NCBI GenBank assembly: GCA_039208735.1
Contig: JBCCQY010000008.1
Location: 1-64,000 of the forward strand
Source: Myxococcota bacterium
GTDB taxonomy: Bacteria > Myxococcota_A > UBA796 > GCA-2862545
DNA length: 64,000 nt
Direction of reading: 5' to 3'
Part shown: piece after piece, positions 10,154-20,251 of the stretch
Layout: the number at the start of each line of letters is the position of its first letter
Numbering within the stretch: position 1 is the first letter of the stretch
Translations under genes and position numbers: made by a program
The notes under the pieces: generated by a model
The model's input: only the letters and a program-made list of their open reading frames with translations
What the model was told of the DNA's origin: nothing
Database searches by the model: none

Positions 10154-10787
10154 TGAAGGAGAGACCCGACACGATCGCCGCAAACGACGGACTCGGGGAC
10201 GGCTGCTGCAAGCCGGGTTCATCTTGGTCGCGAACCGAGGGATCGATGCCGTGTCGATCCAGGAAATCACCGACGCGGCCGATGTAGCGTTCGGCACCTT
10301 CTACAACCACTTCCCCTCAAAGGAGGCGATCTATGACGCCATCGTCGACGAGTTTCTCGAGGACTTCGGCAACGCGCTCGATGAGATCGGCGCAGACATC
10401 TCGGATCCGCCCGAAGTGGTTGCGCTGAGCATTCGCCACACCCTGCGCAGAAGCGAACAAGATCCAGATTGGGGGCGGCTGCTCCTCCGAGAGGGATTCT
10501 CACTCGCGTCGATGGCGCGGGGCCTGGGTCCGCGCTTGAAACGCGACATCGAACAGGGGCTTGCGGCCGGTCGATTCGCAACCGCCGACCCCAGCCTCGC
10601 GGTTTTGTCCGCTGGGGGCACCGTGTTGGCGGCCATTGCAGCCCAGCTTCACGCCCCTCGGCTCGCGAAACTGGACATGGAGACCGACCACCTGCCTGAA
10701 CGCACCGCTTCCGCGGTGCTTCGAGCCCTTGGCGTTCCAAAAGCCGAAGCGGACAATCTCGCTCAGCTGCCGCTCCCAAACATGTAG
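10143..10787 (+). CDS. TetR/AcrR family regulator
   Basis: SIQEITDAADVAFGTFYNHFPSKE helix-turn-helix. Confidence 0.92.
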   Translation: MADSEGETRHDRRKRRTRGRLLQAGFILVANRGIDAVSIQEITDAADVAFGTFYNHFPSKEAIYDAIVDEFLEDFGNALDEIGADISDPPEVVALSIRHTLRRSEQDPDWGRLLLREGFSLASMARGLGPRLKRDIEQGLAAGRFATADPSLAVLSAGGTVLAAIAAQLHAPRLAKLDMETDHLPERTASAVLRALGVPKAEADNLAQLPLPNM

Positions 10788-10805
10788 GGGGGTGAAGCGG
10801 CCTCC

Positions 10806-11090
10806 TTAGCGGATGATGAAGTCGTCGACGCTCAAGTCGGCGGGCAGCGGCGCCTTGTGTCGCCGGTTGTCCGTCCCATCCACCGCGCTGCTGTAGAGTT
10901 CAAACACGTCGTTGGCATTCTGATTGGCTCGGTACACCATCCGGCTCCCGTCCGACGTCAGGTCGAAGCTTACGATCTGGCCGTCGCCAACCACCAATAG
11001 TGGGGGTCAACGAAGTCGCCTCTTCCGTCGTGTCGAGGGGGGCCGCATAGAAGCCTCGCGATGCCACTCGAGAGTAAGCCACCGGAACGA
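10806..11090 (-). pseudogene. C-terminal remnant of a TolB/PD40-like beta-propeller protein
   Basis: FDLTSDGSRMVYRANQ...FELYSSAVDG blade motif; a preceding blade (VAYS...FYAAPLD) is in another frame; no plausible start. Confidence 0.5.
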
Positions 11091-11270
11091 TCTTGCCGCC
11101 ATGGCCCCTCGGGGTCCGCTCCTGTTTCAAGATCCGCTCTCCCCCGTTCCCGAAGGAATCTCCGGGTCGACCATCACATCGTCTCCACAACCCACAACCA
11201 ATCCGGCAAGCGCCCGGCCCCGCCCCCTGCCCAAGCTTGAGGCGGAACCCGAATCGGTGGAGCAAACGCC

Positions 11271-12128
11271 ATGACAGGCCTTCGTGACGTCCGTGTGAAC
11301 CGTGCAGTGGACCACGTTCGGAACCATCTTCGGTCCGCACTGACCATCGCGTCATTGGCCCGCGTGGCCCACGTGTCTCCGTTTCACTTTGCGCGGCTGT
11401 TCAAAGCGTCAACGGGCGAGACCGTCACGCGGTTCGTCCAACGCGCAAGGCTCGAGCGAGCCGCCGCGCTCATGCAGCGGTCTCCCAGACGCGAGCTCGG
11501 AGATATCGCCCTCGACGCCGGATTTCGTTCCGCCTCCAACTTCGCCCGAGTGTTTCGCACGCATTACGGCCAGGCTCCTCGGGAGTGGGACCGCGTCTCC
11601 CCGTTGGCGGACCGCTTTCCCGGATTTGAGGACGCGCTGGCACCGTTTCGTGCCAATCCCCCTCCTTTGCATCCTCGTCGGATCGCGATTCCAGAACAAA
11701 CTGTCGCCTACGTCCGTGTTCCTACACCGTTTGTCGATGATGCGAAGCTCGATTCAGGCATGAACACCTTGCGCGCCGCGCTCGCCCGGTCAGGGATGCA
11801 GGTTGGCGCATTTGTCGGTGCATCGTGGGACCATCCCGATGCGACGTCACTCGATCGCGTGTGCTTTGATCTCGGCGTGGTCGTCCCTGATGACGTGCGA
11901 ATCGAAGACCTTTCGGTGCACCGTTGGCCAGCCCATGAAGCGGTGGCGGTTCACGTAAATGGGCCCCGACCGCACCTCGCACTGGCTTGGGAGGCACTGT
12001 ACGAATGGATCGTTCGCACCCAAGCAACGCCGCTCGATCTGCCCAGCGTCAAGTGGTTTCGTCGGCCGCCGGATGCGGCTCGGTGGTCCCACTTCGACGT
12101 GGATTGCGCGATTCCGCTTCGCACCTAA
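11271..12128 (+). CDS. AraC family regulator with GyrI-like effector domain
   Basis: LARVAHVSPFHFARLFK, IALDAGFRSASNFARVF; C-terminal WEALYEW...DCAIPL. Confidence 0.9.
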   Translation: MTGLRDVRVNRAVDHVRNHLRSALTIASLARVAHVSPFHFARLFKASTGETVTRFVQRARLERAAALMQRSPRRELGDIALDAGFRSASNFARVFRTHYGQAPREWDRVSPLADRFPGFEDALAPFRANPPPLHPRRIAIPEQTVAYVRVPTPFVDDAKLDSGMNTLRAALARSGMQVGAFVGASWDHPDATSLDRVCFDLGVVVPDDVRIEDLSVHRWPAHEAVAVHVNGPRPHLALAWEALYEWIVRTQATPLDLPSVKWFRRPPDAARWSHFDVDCAIPLRT

Positions 12129-12549
12129 TCGCCAAGGCCTCGAGCTGGCGGGACATCCCGCGACGATAAACGCCTTGCATCAGCCAGTTAACGGCGCGGT
12201 TGAACCACGCATGCCCAGTGGCTACCATGATAAACTCAAGACCGGCCCCCTCCGGAATCGCATCGACCCGCATGGTGGTATCCCACAGCGTTCCCCCTGC
12301 GTCAGTGACGAATCGCGCCCGGCGTGCAGGAGCGTCGTACTCCGCAACCTCCAATTCGAACGCCATCGGCCGCCCGTTGACCAACCGATGCTCCCGAAAT
12401 CGCGTTCCAGGTCCCTGTCGCAACTCTCCCAAGAACTCGATGGACATGACCTCAGGGACGGTCTTGGGAAACCGTTCGATATCCGTCACCTCGCGAAAGA
12501 CGAGGTCCGGATCCGCGGCGATGATGCGCCGCACTGCAATCGTCGTCAT
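12049..12549 (-). CDS. SRPBCC/polyketide cyclase family protein
   Basis: RRIIAADPDLVF...DIERFP...GPGTRFRE...LEVAEYD. Confidence 0.8.
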   Translation of the reverse strand: MTTIAVRRIIAADPDLVFREVTDIERFPKTVPEVMSIEFLGELRQGPGTRFREHRLVNGRPMAFELEVAEYDAPARRARFVTDAGGTLWDTTMRVDAIPEGAGLEFIMVATGHAWFNRAVNWLMQGVYRRGMSRQLEALAIRCEAESRNPRRSGTTEPHPAADETT

Positions 12550-12824
12550 GGGTGTTCTCCGTTTCGATCACCTACGGAGTTCGGCGCGGCGGCGATCGAC
12601 AGATCGTGCGGAATTGCCAGCACCGCTTCGGAAATCGCGTAGTCGTGACGCGAGCTCTTACGCAGCTTCGGGTATGCCCCTTTACCACCTGGGCTACGGA
12701 CACGTCCCCGCGGACACACACCACCGCGGGAGACCTACCGGGTGGAACGCGACTCACCTGTACCGATTCGGCAAGTCCTAGGGGGAAAGGTCCACGCGCC
12801 TTAGCTCGCCGGTGGTCGTCGCCG

Positions 12825-15800
12825 TCATTCCGGTGGGCTGAACGAAACTCGACTAAAGCCGTCGGTCCCTGGATTTCGGTTCCGAAGCCCTCGATATTCG
12901 TGAGTCAAGCGCCGCCATGCTCTCAAGGCTTCGGCGAATGCATCGTGGCTGCGCCATGCGAGCTGGCGAGCCCGCGTAACTTGCTCGGCCGATGACGCGG
13001 TATTCGCGGCAGAGGTGCTTGCCGATGCCGCCGCCTGGGCCTGCACAAGCAGCCGCTCCCCACGTCGTCGGTGACGTTCCCCTTCGCGCCACACCCCATC
13101 GATCCGGTCATAGGTCGACGATTCACCGTTGAAAAAGGTGGACAACCAGTCCCGAGGTGCCGAATGGCCCATTCCTGTCAGACCCTGCTGGTGAAATCTT
13201 CGCTCCGCGAAAATGATGTCTCGCAACCGTCGTTGGTTGGTGTTCTTCGCCGTAGCCCGTTCAAGGTCCCCTTCCATCGCCATCCGTTCGGATCGGCGTC
13301 TTCGTCGATCCGCTTCCACTTCAGCCATTTGCTGGTCGTAGCGTGCAATGGAGGATTCTCTTGGGACATCCTCTCCCGATCGCATAGACCGGTTGGCCAC
13401 ATCCGCTTCTCTGGTCAACAGCTCATCGTAGGCATTGTGGTCTTGGTTTGCGTCAACATGAAGTCGTCGCGCCTGATGGAGGGCCTCCTCGATGTCGAGA
13501 ACCAAGGATTGCTGTAGTTCGAACTCGGCCTGCCGAAGCATGATGGGCAATTCGGAAGCTTCGGTGTGGATGCGCTGAAGCTTGTCCGCCTCTTGTGAGT
13601 GGAGAGCCTCCAGACCACGAGCGGCGGTAGATGGCGTTTGAGCAGCCTCACGGACGAGCCGCTGTAGCCTCTGCCGAGCCGCGGCGCGTCCCTCTTCGCC
13701 TGTGTAGACCTCCGAGTTGACGAGCCGAATCGACCACTGGAGATCCCCCGCAATCTCACGAAGGTACGCTGCGCCCCTCACGCCAAGGGCGGACACGAAC
13801 TCCGCGAGCAGGACGCGAGCTTCGTCTGCCGTGGTCGACGTCGCGATTTGACGCTGAAGTTCAGCTCCGCGAGGGTGCCGTAGCGACGAATACGCGCGTT
13901 GGACCCGGCGACTGTTGGTGGAAATCTCCTCAACCAGTCGCAGAAAGGACGCTTCGCTCATTTGGGCGGCCAAGCGCCACTCCCCGGCGTCCATCCCTTG
14001 GGCATCGCGCGATGTCTGTCCTCCGATGGCTCGCGCTAAGGACAGACTTGCCGCCTCAGCGTCCGTTGCGTCTACCGTGAACGAAAGCGAGAGCCCCCGC
14101 CCGCTTTGACTCTGCAATCGAACCGTTTCCGTGCCGGAGAGTCCTAACCGCTGGTCCAGCCAGTCCGGAAGTACCGTGCCCACTGTGCTTGTGTGTTGAC
14201 CCGATGCTCGCGTGGTGGTCTCGCCTTCGGCGTCCTCGATGGTTTCGACGGTGGTTGTACCTACGGATGCGCCGGTCATCCCTGCCGTCGCCGACATCGT
14301 GGCACGTGTTTCATGGCCCTCAACGATGCGCTCCTTCACCTCCCACCCTGGCCCCCGCGTTCCACGAGGAATGTCGTAGTGGTCGAGCAGACTGCGCAGG
14401 GCCGCACGACCCGCCTCCGTGTCGGTGTGGTAGACGAGGACTGCCCCCGTAATGTCCGAATCCCCGCCTCCAAGACCAATCCCCACGCCGAGGCTTGAGA
14501 ATGTGCCGCTGGCATCATGACCCGCGAGCCTGCGAATCGTGACCTCAGTGGTCGATGAAGAAATGCGCTGGACATCGACTTGCGTGGACCCTGATAGGAC
14601 AAACGACACCGAACCGCGCAGGTAGAACGACGATGCCGTACCCGACAGTCCCACCTGTCCACCCGTGGTCTCGCCGACAGATTCGCCCACGCCAAGTTCC
14701 TCGACGGCATCCTCCGTGACTCCGGTGAACGAGCCGAGTTGGGCGAGCCCCAGTAGCGCCGTATTGTCGTCATAGAACGCGCGCGCCTCCGACTCGGTGG
14801 CGAATCTCCGCGCAAAGCGTTGCTGGTGCGAAGCCCCCAATTCGCCGCTGGCCCCGAAGCGCCTTGTTGCACCTTGGCTTTCGGCGCCACCCCCAAGACT
14901 GCCTCGAAAGTCGATGACCCCGGAAACGGTCCAGCGCCCGTCGGGCTCGCGAATCGGCTGTTTAACGTCGACGGTGTAGCCTGTTTGTGATGTGACGAAC
15001 CGTCCGTCCTGGGTTTCGCGGCGACCTCGCAAGGCGGCACCTTCGACGATTGTGTCACCGAATTGTACCGTACTTGCCACCGTATTCGTTCGGTGACTTC
15101 CTTCTCCACCCGTTCGTCGGTTGTATGAAATCTGGGCCTCCCCTTGCGCATTGAGGGACCCACTGTGGCTTTCCTGACGGCTCTGCTCCTCATCGAGGAC
15201 TGTGGTTTGCGTCGTGCTTAGGGACAGTTGAGCCCCGTCGCGGCCGATTTGCGCCCCCGCGTTTCGCTCACGTGTGATCTCGTTCCCAAGGTCGTCGGTG
15301 CGGGTACGAGATTGGTCGATTTGAGTTCTTAGGTGTTCCGATCCCGGCGTCGTGTTGATGATCGTGGAGGTTTGGCCTCGAGCAGCGGCCCGCTCTGCCG
15401 GTGTTGGGGTCCCCTCATTCATCGCGATGTGGTCACCCGGGCTGGAATACGCGCCCAGTCGGTGAGATGTCGTGGGTGGAACCGGCGGAGTTTCCTCTTC
15501 GGAGGGGGCCGTGCGAGCCTCACGTTCCTCGGTTTCATCGGTCAGGACGATGGGAGGTCTCTGTATGACCACGTCAGGCGGTCGAGTGCGCTGGGGCGGA
15601 TCTGAGGTCAGATCGTCCACACGGGTCTCTGGAATGGCAACTCGGTACAGTGCTTCTGGATCGAGCCCCATGGCTTCCGTAAATTGCACCTGAGTTCCGC
15701 CGCCTCGGTACGTTCGCGGCGGTTCGCCTGCTGCCAGGTCTGCGCCTTCTGGCTGGGGAGCGACTTCGGAAGTAATGAACGGCGATCCTTGCGGGAGTCG

Positions 15801-16379
15801 GAATACCGAGACGTAGGTTCGCGTGCCCCTGGTGTCCCATGTGCTGCCACGCGGGCCTGCCCATACATCGGGCAAGGATAGTTCTTGGCGAACCGAGGCA
15901 GGGTCCTGGGCGTAGCGCTCTCCAAGCTCTCGTGCATGCTGGCTTGCCTCATCCAAGCTTCGGAATGGGTAGAGCCCCCACTGGCCAGGGCCTTCGCCTC
16001 CAATCCGGACGACGTACATGTCCTGCGGGGCGACTTCGGCCCGTCCGTCCACTTCGAACCGTGGCGGTTCACCAGGACGTCGTGTCACCTGACCGAGTTC
16101 GCCTCGGTAGGGACCGGACCCAGCAAGCGGATCTCGACGAGGAAAACCCTCAGCTCCAGGATCCGACGAACCCCAGTTGCGTAAATCCGTAGGGTCGTCG
16201 AACGAACTCATCACGTCATGTGGGACCTCGTGAAGCGACGCATGCGACGCAGACGATCGTGACAGTCCAGCCTGCTCTACGAGAAAACTATTATCTGCAA
16301 TTGAGGGCCCTCCGGCCTCCCTGTCGGCTGAAGGCACGCCATCGGCGGAGGTTGGAGTTCGTCGAAGTCGCTTGCTCAT
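12825..16379 (-). CDS. Large hypothetical protein, possibly polymorphic-toxin-like
   Basis: 1184-aa ORF: disordered N-terminus, toxin-like motif block, G/S/T-rich beta region, helical or coiled-coil C-terminus. Confidence 0.7.
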   Translation of the reverse strand: MSKRLRRTPTSADGVPSADREAGGPSIADNSFLVEQAGLSRSSASHASLHEVPHDVMSSFDDPTDLRNWGSSDPGAEGFPRRDPLAGSGPYRGELGQVTRRPGEPPRFEVDGRAEVAPQDMYVVRIGGEGPGQWGLYPFRSLDEASQHARELGERYAQDPASVRQELSLPDVWAGPRGSTWDTRGTRTYVSVFRLPQGSPFITSEVAPQPEGADLAAGEPPRTYRGGGTQVQFTEAMGLDPEALYRVAIPETRVDDLTSDPPQRTRPPDVVIQRPPIVLTDETEEREARTAPSEEETPPVPPTTSHRLGAYSSPGDHIAMNEGTPTPAERAAARGQTSTIINTTPGSEHLRTQIDQSRTRTDDLGNEITRERNAGAQIGRDGAQLSLSTTQTTVLDEEQSRQESHSGSLNAQGEAQISYNRRTGGEGSHRTNTVASTVQFGDTIVEGAALRGRRETQDGRFVTSQTGYTVDVKQPIREPDGRWTVSGVIDFRGSLGGGAESQGATRRFGASGELGASHQQRFARRFATESEARAFYDDNTALLGLAQLGSFTGVTEDAVEELGVGESVGETTGGQVGLSGTASSFYLRGSVSFVLSGSTQVDVQRISSSTTEVTIRRLAGHDASGTFSSLGVGIGLGGGDSDITGAVLVYHTDTEAGRAALRSLLDHYDIPRGTRGPGWEVKERIVEGHETRATMSATAGMTGASVGTTTVETIEDAEGETTTRASGQHTSTVGTVLPDWLDQRLGLSGTETVRLQSQSGRGLSLSFTVDATDAEAASLSLARAIGGQTSRDAQGMDAGEWRLAAQMSEASFLRLVEEISTNSRRVQRAYSSLRHPRGAELQRQIATSTTADEARVLLAEFVSALGVRGAAYLREIAGDLQWSIRLVNSEVYTGEEGRAAARQRLQRLVREAAQTPSTAARGLEALHSQEADKLQRIHTEASELPIMLRQAEFELQQSLVLDIEEALHQARRLHVDANQDHNAYDELLTREADVANRSMRSGEDVPRESSIARYDQQMAEVEADRRRRRSERMAMEGDLERATAKNTNQRRLRDIIFAERRFHQQGLTGMGHSAPRDWLSTFFNGESSTYDRIDGVWREGERHRRRGERLLVQAQAAASASTSAANTASSAEQVTRARQLAWRSHDAFAEALRAWRRLTHEYRGLRNRNPGTDGFSRVSFSPPE

Positions 16380-16908
16380 CGGTCTTCAGATGCCTCCTGC
16401 CCCGAGCACCAAGGGCATCACCAGGAAGGAGGCCCGGGACCATCGCATGATTGTGCGATACGCACTCTCTGCTCGTCGAGCCACCATTCACCACGCCCGG
16501 TCCGGAGGGCCCGAGGCGAACAGTCGGATTGGGACCTCGATGCCAATGGCAACTGCGACATCGGCTCGGAGGATGCCAATGGTGACGGAACCTGTGATGT
16601 CCTCGACTGCCGCGGGGCTCCAGACCCCGTTGGTGCAGCGGGGCCGGCAACGGACGCACAAACTGATTCCGAAATTGCGTCCTGGATGACACAACTCGCT
16701 GTTGGTTGAGCAGAGCCTACGACCCGCGGACCCTATGATAGAACAATCAAGTCTGGAGCCACCCTTTCCGAACTACAAACAATCGATTGTCTCCGATCGT
16801 CTTCCGATCGTTTTCCGATCTCGTTGACCCCTATCGAAGGCACCTCGATGCTGGATGGGTCCCGCAGGTTCGGGATGTCCACACCATTTCACCGTTGGGG
16901 ATGCCTCC

Positions 16909-18930
16909 ATGGGTGCCTTTACTCTTCCCATTCATCAGTCCATTGTCGCGACCACGGCACTGCTCAGCCTCGCAGTCGCCCCTCATGCTCAAGCCGGTAA
17001 CGGGCGATTCAATGCGGGCGTTCACGACTTCTGCGTTTCGGTACGATTCAATGCTGGCTCCGCCCAACTGACGAACATCAAAAACAACTTCGAAGCTGGC
17101 AGTCAAATCGTTGCGGATGCAACCGATGACCAGCACCGCTTTGGGACGATTACCGTCGTGAACAACAGCGGGGCGACCCGATCCGCGGATTGGTGGATTC
17201 GCAACGACAGAAGGGGAGCTCGAGCCCAACTAGATGGGTATGGTATCCGGGGAGCCCGTGCCGAGATTCATTCCGAGTTCTTCCTCGGAACAAATGACCT
17301 TACAGCGTACACCATCACCCATGAGCACATGCACTTGAGCTACAATCTGGAAGACGAATATCTGCCCGGCGGCCTTCCAGGATGTGCCGAAGTCTCCGAT
17401 GAAACAACGCTTGACTACTCCATCATGGATACCTACCATTCCCGAGGTACCGCCACTCTTCCTGGCGGCATGTTGTCGCTCAATGAACTATGTGTGGCCG
17501 GCAACCATGACCCCAATGGGGACACCCCCCAGCATCGGCTGCATGGGGAATCGTGCTGGGATACCCTCGCCAGCCATCCCACGCGGTCGGCAACTGCGCC
17601 CGCACCCATGACCCTTCCTGTGGCTGCTCCTCCGCCCCCTCACACCGTGACCTTTGTGGATGGCATTGGCGGCATCCAAGTCATGCTCGTAGTGGACCGC
17701 TCGGGCAGCATGGCGTCCAACAATCGTATGTATTACGCCAAGGAAAGTTCACAGGAGTTCACAGCCGCACTCGAACCCGGAGATTGGGTTGGTGTAGCCT
17801 CGTTTTCACACACGATCAGTGACGACATGGACCTGACCGTGGTGTCCGCCTCGGGAACCGAAATCGCAAGTGCAGATGCAGCGGTCAGAGGCCTTATGAC
17901 GGGAGGCAATACCAACATCGGCGATGCTCTGGTTCAAGGTCTCACCGAGTTGGGAACCGCCTCCGCACCGTCATGCGACCGACTCATCGTGTTGCTAAGT
18001 GATGGTGACCACAACTGGGGTACGCCACCGCTGTCGGTGATTCCAACGCTCCAGGCGGCTGGGGCAACGGTCCTCGCCGTCGGAGTTGGGGACTCGCTGT
18101 CGACGACCGGACACCGGACCCTTCGACAACTCGCCGATGACACCGGCGGTCGCTACTGGCGCGCAGGAAACTCCGATGATTTGATGCGCATTATGCGGGA
18201 AGTGGCCATGGAGTCCATCGCCGCTGGAGTTTTCGCCAGTGCTCCCGTCACAATGACGCCCTTCAGCCTTCATAGTGAAACCGCATTCGTCGAGGCCGAT
18301 GCCGCTCAGGCTGAATTCTTCCTCGCGATTTCCAGCGCAAACGATCAAGCGACCCTTGAACTCGTGGCTCCCGATGGAACTGTCGTCACAGCAGCCAATG
18401 TCCATCACATGGGGGGCACCTTCGTCGGACGTCTCCACAGCCAGCGGTTTGTGATTCCCCAGCCCATGCCTGGCACCTGGACGATGTCGATCCAGACTGG
18501 GGCGATTTCGAATGGAAAAGCCAGCGTGATGGCTACCGCCGAAAGTCCAGGCACCAACCTCGAGCTTCGACTCGAGAAAGGCAGCGCCACTCCCACGGAA
18601 TCGATCCTCGTCGAAGCCACGCCAACGCACGCGGGCACCCCGATCGTCGGGGCCGTCATCCATGGCGCGGTGGAACGCCCGGACGGCAGCCAGGTCCTCA
18701 TTCAGTTCTACGATGATGGCTTTGGCCACGACGTGTTCGCGTCCGACGGCGTCTACACCGCCCAGTGGTCGGGGTCGACCGAAGAAGGCATTTACAAATT
18801 CGACGTATCGGCGTCGGTGGCGAACGGAGTCACCGTCGCAGCCGAGCACTTCATGGGCCCGCCGATTCCCGCGGCGGCCGTTCCCGACTTCGACCGGTAC
18901 AAGACCACTTATCTTGTCGTGAAGAATTAG
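16909..18930 (+). CDS. Secreted CLCA-like protein: HEXXH metalloprotease, VWA, beta-sandwich and choice-of-anchor-X-like tail
   Basis: Signal peptide ending AQA; THEHMHLSYNLEDEY (cf. CLCA HEWAH..WG..DEY); MIDAS DRSGSM, TNIG, LLSDG; YDDGFGHDVFASDGVYT. Confidence 0.8.
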   Translation: MGAFTLPIHQSIVATTALLSLAVAPHAQAGNGRFNAGVHDFCVSVRFNAGSAQLTNIKNNFEAGSQIVADATDDQHRFGTITVVNNSGATRSADWWIRNDRRGARAQLDGYGIRGARAEIHSEFFLGTNDLTAYTITHEHMHLSYNLEDEYLPGGLPGCAEVSDETTLDYSIMDTYHSRGTATLPGGMLSLNELCVAGNHDPNGDTPQHRLHGESCWDTLASHPTRSATAPAPMTLPVAAPPPPHTVTFVDGIGGIQVMLVVDRSGSMASNNRMYYAKESSQEFTAALEPGDWVGVASFSHTISDDMDLTVVSASGTEIASADAAVRGLMTGGNTNIGDALVQGLTELGTASAPSCDRLIVLLSDGDHNWGTPPLSVIPTLQAAGATVLAVGVGDSLSTTGHRTLRQLADDTGGRYWRAGNSDDLMRIMREVAMESIAAGVFASAPVTMTPFSLHSETAFVEADAAQAEFFLAISSANDQATLELVAPDGTVVTAANVHHMGGTFVGRLHSQRFVIPQPMPGTWTMSIQTGAISNGKASVMATAESPGTNLELRLEKGSATPTESILVEATPTHAGTPIVGAVIHGAVERPDGSQVLIQFYDDGFGHDVFASDGVYTAQWSGSTEEGIYKFDVSASVANGVTVAAEHFMGPPIPAAAVPDFDRYKTTYLVVKN

Positions 18931-18973
18931 ATTAAACCTGGAGATGGGAGTGGCTAGCTCTGGCGGACGGGTT

Positions 18974-20239
18974 TCAGTATCGGAATGCAAGCTGCACGAT
19001 ACCCTCGTTCGCACGCGCCAACACATCCTGTCCGTCAGGTGAGAACACAGGTCGATTGCGCCAATGCGCGGTGACCTTCGCATGTTGTCCAGCCAGGTAC
19101 CAGTTGACCCCAGCCTCGGCAAGGACCATGGGCGCCCCAAGGGCCTCGAAGAAGCTCGACTGGGACGCTGCGTACGGCTGCAAGCGCGTCTCCCCAAACG
19201 TCGTCGGCAGAAGGTACCCTGCCTCCAGATACCCGGTGTGTCCCGTTCCCTGAAGCGGATAGGCGTTGCCTCCCCCCGCCAACGACGTCCCGCCACTCCC
19301 AACGTTCATGATGCCGACATTCCGCACGAAGTCTGGGCCGTAGTTGTTGTACTGATAAAGTGCATAGGTCGTGAATGCGCCTCGTCCTACCGGTGTATCG
19401 ATGAAGAGATCGACCCCGACCGCGGTTTGGTCGAACACCTCTTCGACCCCGTCCACGAAGCGCCCCATGGCTTCGGGGTTCCACTGAGCGCCCGCGCCAA
19501 TGTTCACCACCTGCTTCTTGCCAAGGTAGGTTCCGTTCAAGAACGGCAGTGTATTTCCCTCGGGTTCAGCAAGTTCGAGCTTGACATAGCCTTGCACGGC
19601 CCAATGGTTGTTGGTGTTGCGGAATTGCGTGGCCCCGGTTTTCGGGTCGGGACTGACGCTCGGCACAAAGGGTTGATTCACGGCTACCCGATAGTCCAAC
19701 CTTGAGATCTTTCCCTTGGCATAAATCCCCATCTGCCTCGCAAACTGGTCGGTACGCTCGATGACCGTCCAAGGGAAAATCGGTCCATCGATGGCCAGAA
19801 ACCCCATTGTCGACTGGCTCGCCGCGCGACTGACTCCATTCCAATAGTGAAGCCCTACACCGATGTCGAGATGCTTCTCGATGATCGTTCCTTCGACCCA
19901 AGCATCATGAATGAAGGCCTGTGGCTTGCGTGCGTTATTGAAGGTCTGGTTGTTGATCCCTAAATGCGTCATGATCAACATTCGTTTGTTGGGACGCCCC
20001 CAAAGCAAGACCCGAGCCCGCCGAATCCCAAGGTTTGCCGATAGGTTTGTCGGTTCACCGTTGATGGTCGTTCCGGGATTCTGCTCTTGCAGCCTGGCCC
20101 AGAACTGACTCCACAAGATCATACTGATGAATTGGTTCTCGCCAAACTTGACCTTGAGTGGCTTGATTTCGGAGTCCCCCGCCAGCGCAACCGGCGAGAG
20201 GAAACTCGAAAGTGTGAACAACATGGAAATCGTCAACAT
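18974..20239 (-). CDS. Outer-membrane beta-barrel/porin in the acetate operon
   Basis: Signal peptide, IRRARV and HDAWVE porin-like motifs, C-terminal aromatic residue; directly downstream of actP. Confidence 0.7.
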   Translation of the reverse strand: MLTISMLFTLSSFLSPVALAGDSEIKPLKVKFGENQFISMILWSQFWARLQEQNPGTTINGEPTNLSANLGIRRARVLLWGRPNKRMLIMTHLGINNQTFNNARKPQAFIHDAWVEGTIIEKHLDIGVGLHYWNGVSRAASQSTMGFLAIDGPIFPWTVIERTDQFARQMGIYAKGKISRLDYRVAVNQPFVPSVSPDPKTGATQFRNTNNHWAVQGYVKLELAEPEGNTLPFLNGTYLGKKQVVNIGAGAQWNPEAMGRFVDGVEEVFDQTAVGVDLFIDTPVGRGAFTTYALYQYNNYGPDFVRNVGIMNVGSGGTSLAGGGNAYPLQGTGHTGYLEAGYLLPTTFGETRLQPYAASQSSFFEALGAPMVLAEAGVNWYLAGQHAKVTAHWRNRPVFSPDGQDVLARANEGIVQLAFRY

Positions 20240-20251
20240 TCCCCTCTCCTC

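Noticed and set aside
16380..16900. Small ORFs or an ncRNA between the two large divergent genes
   Set aside because: No convincing RBS, motif or recognisable structure.
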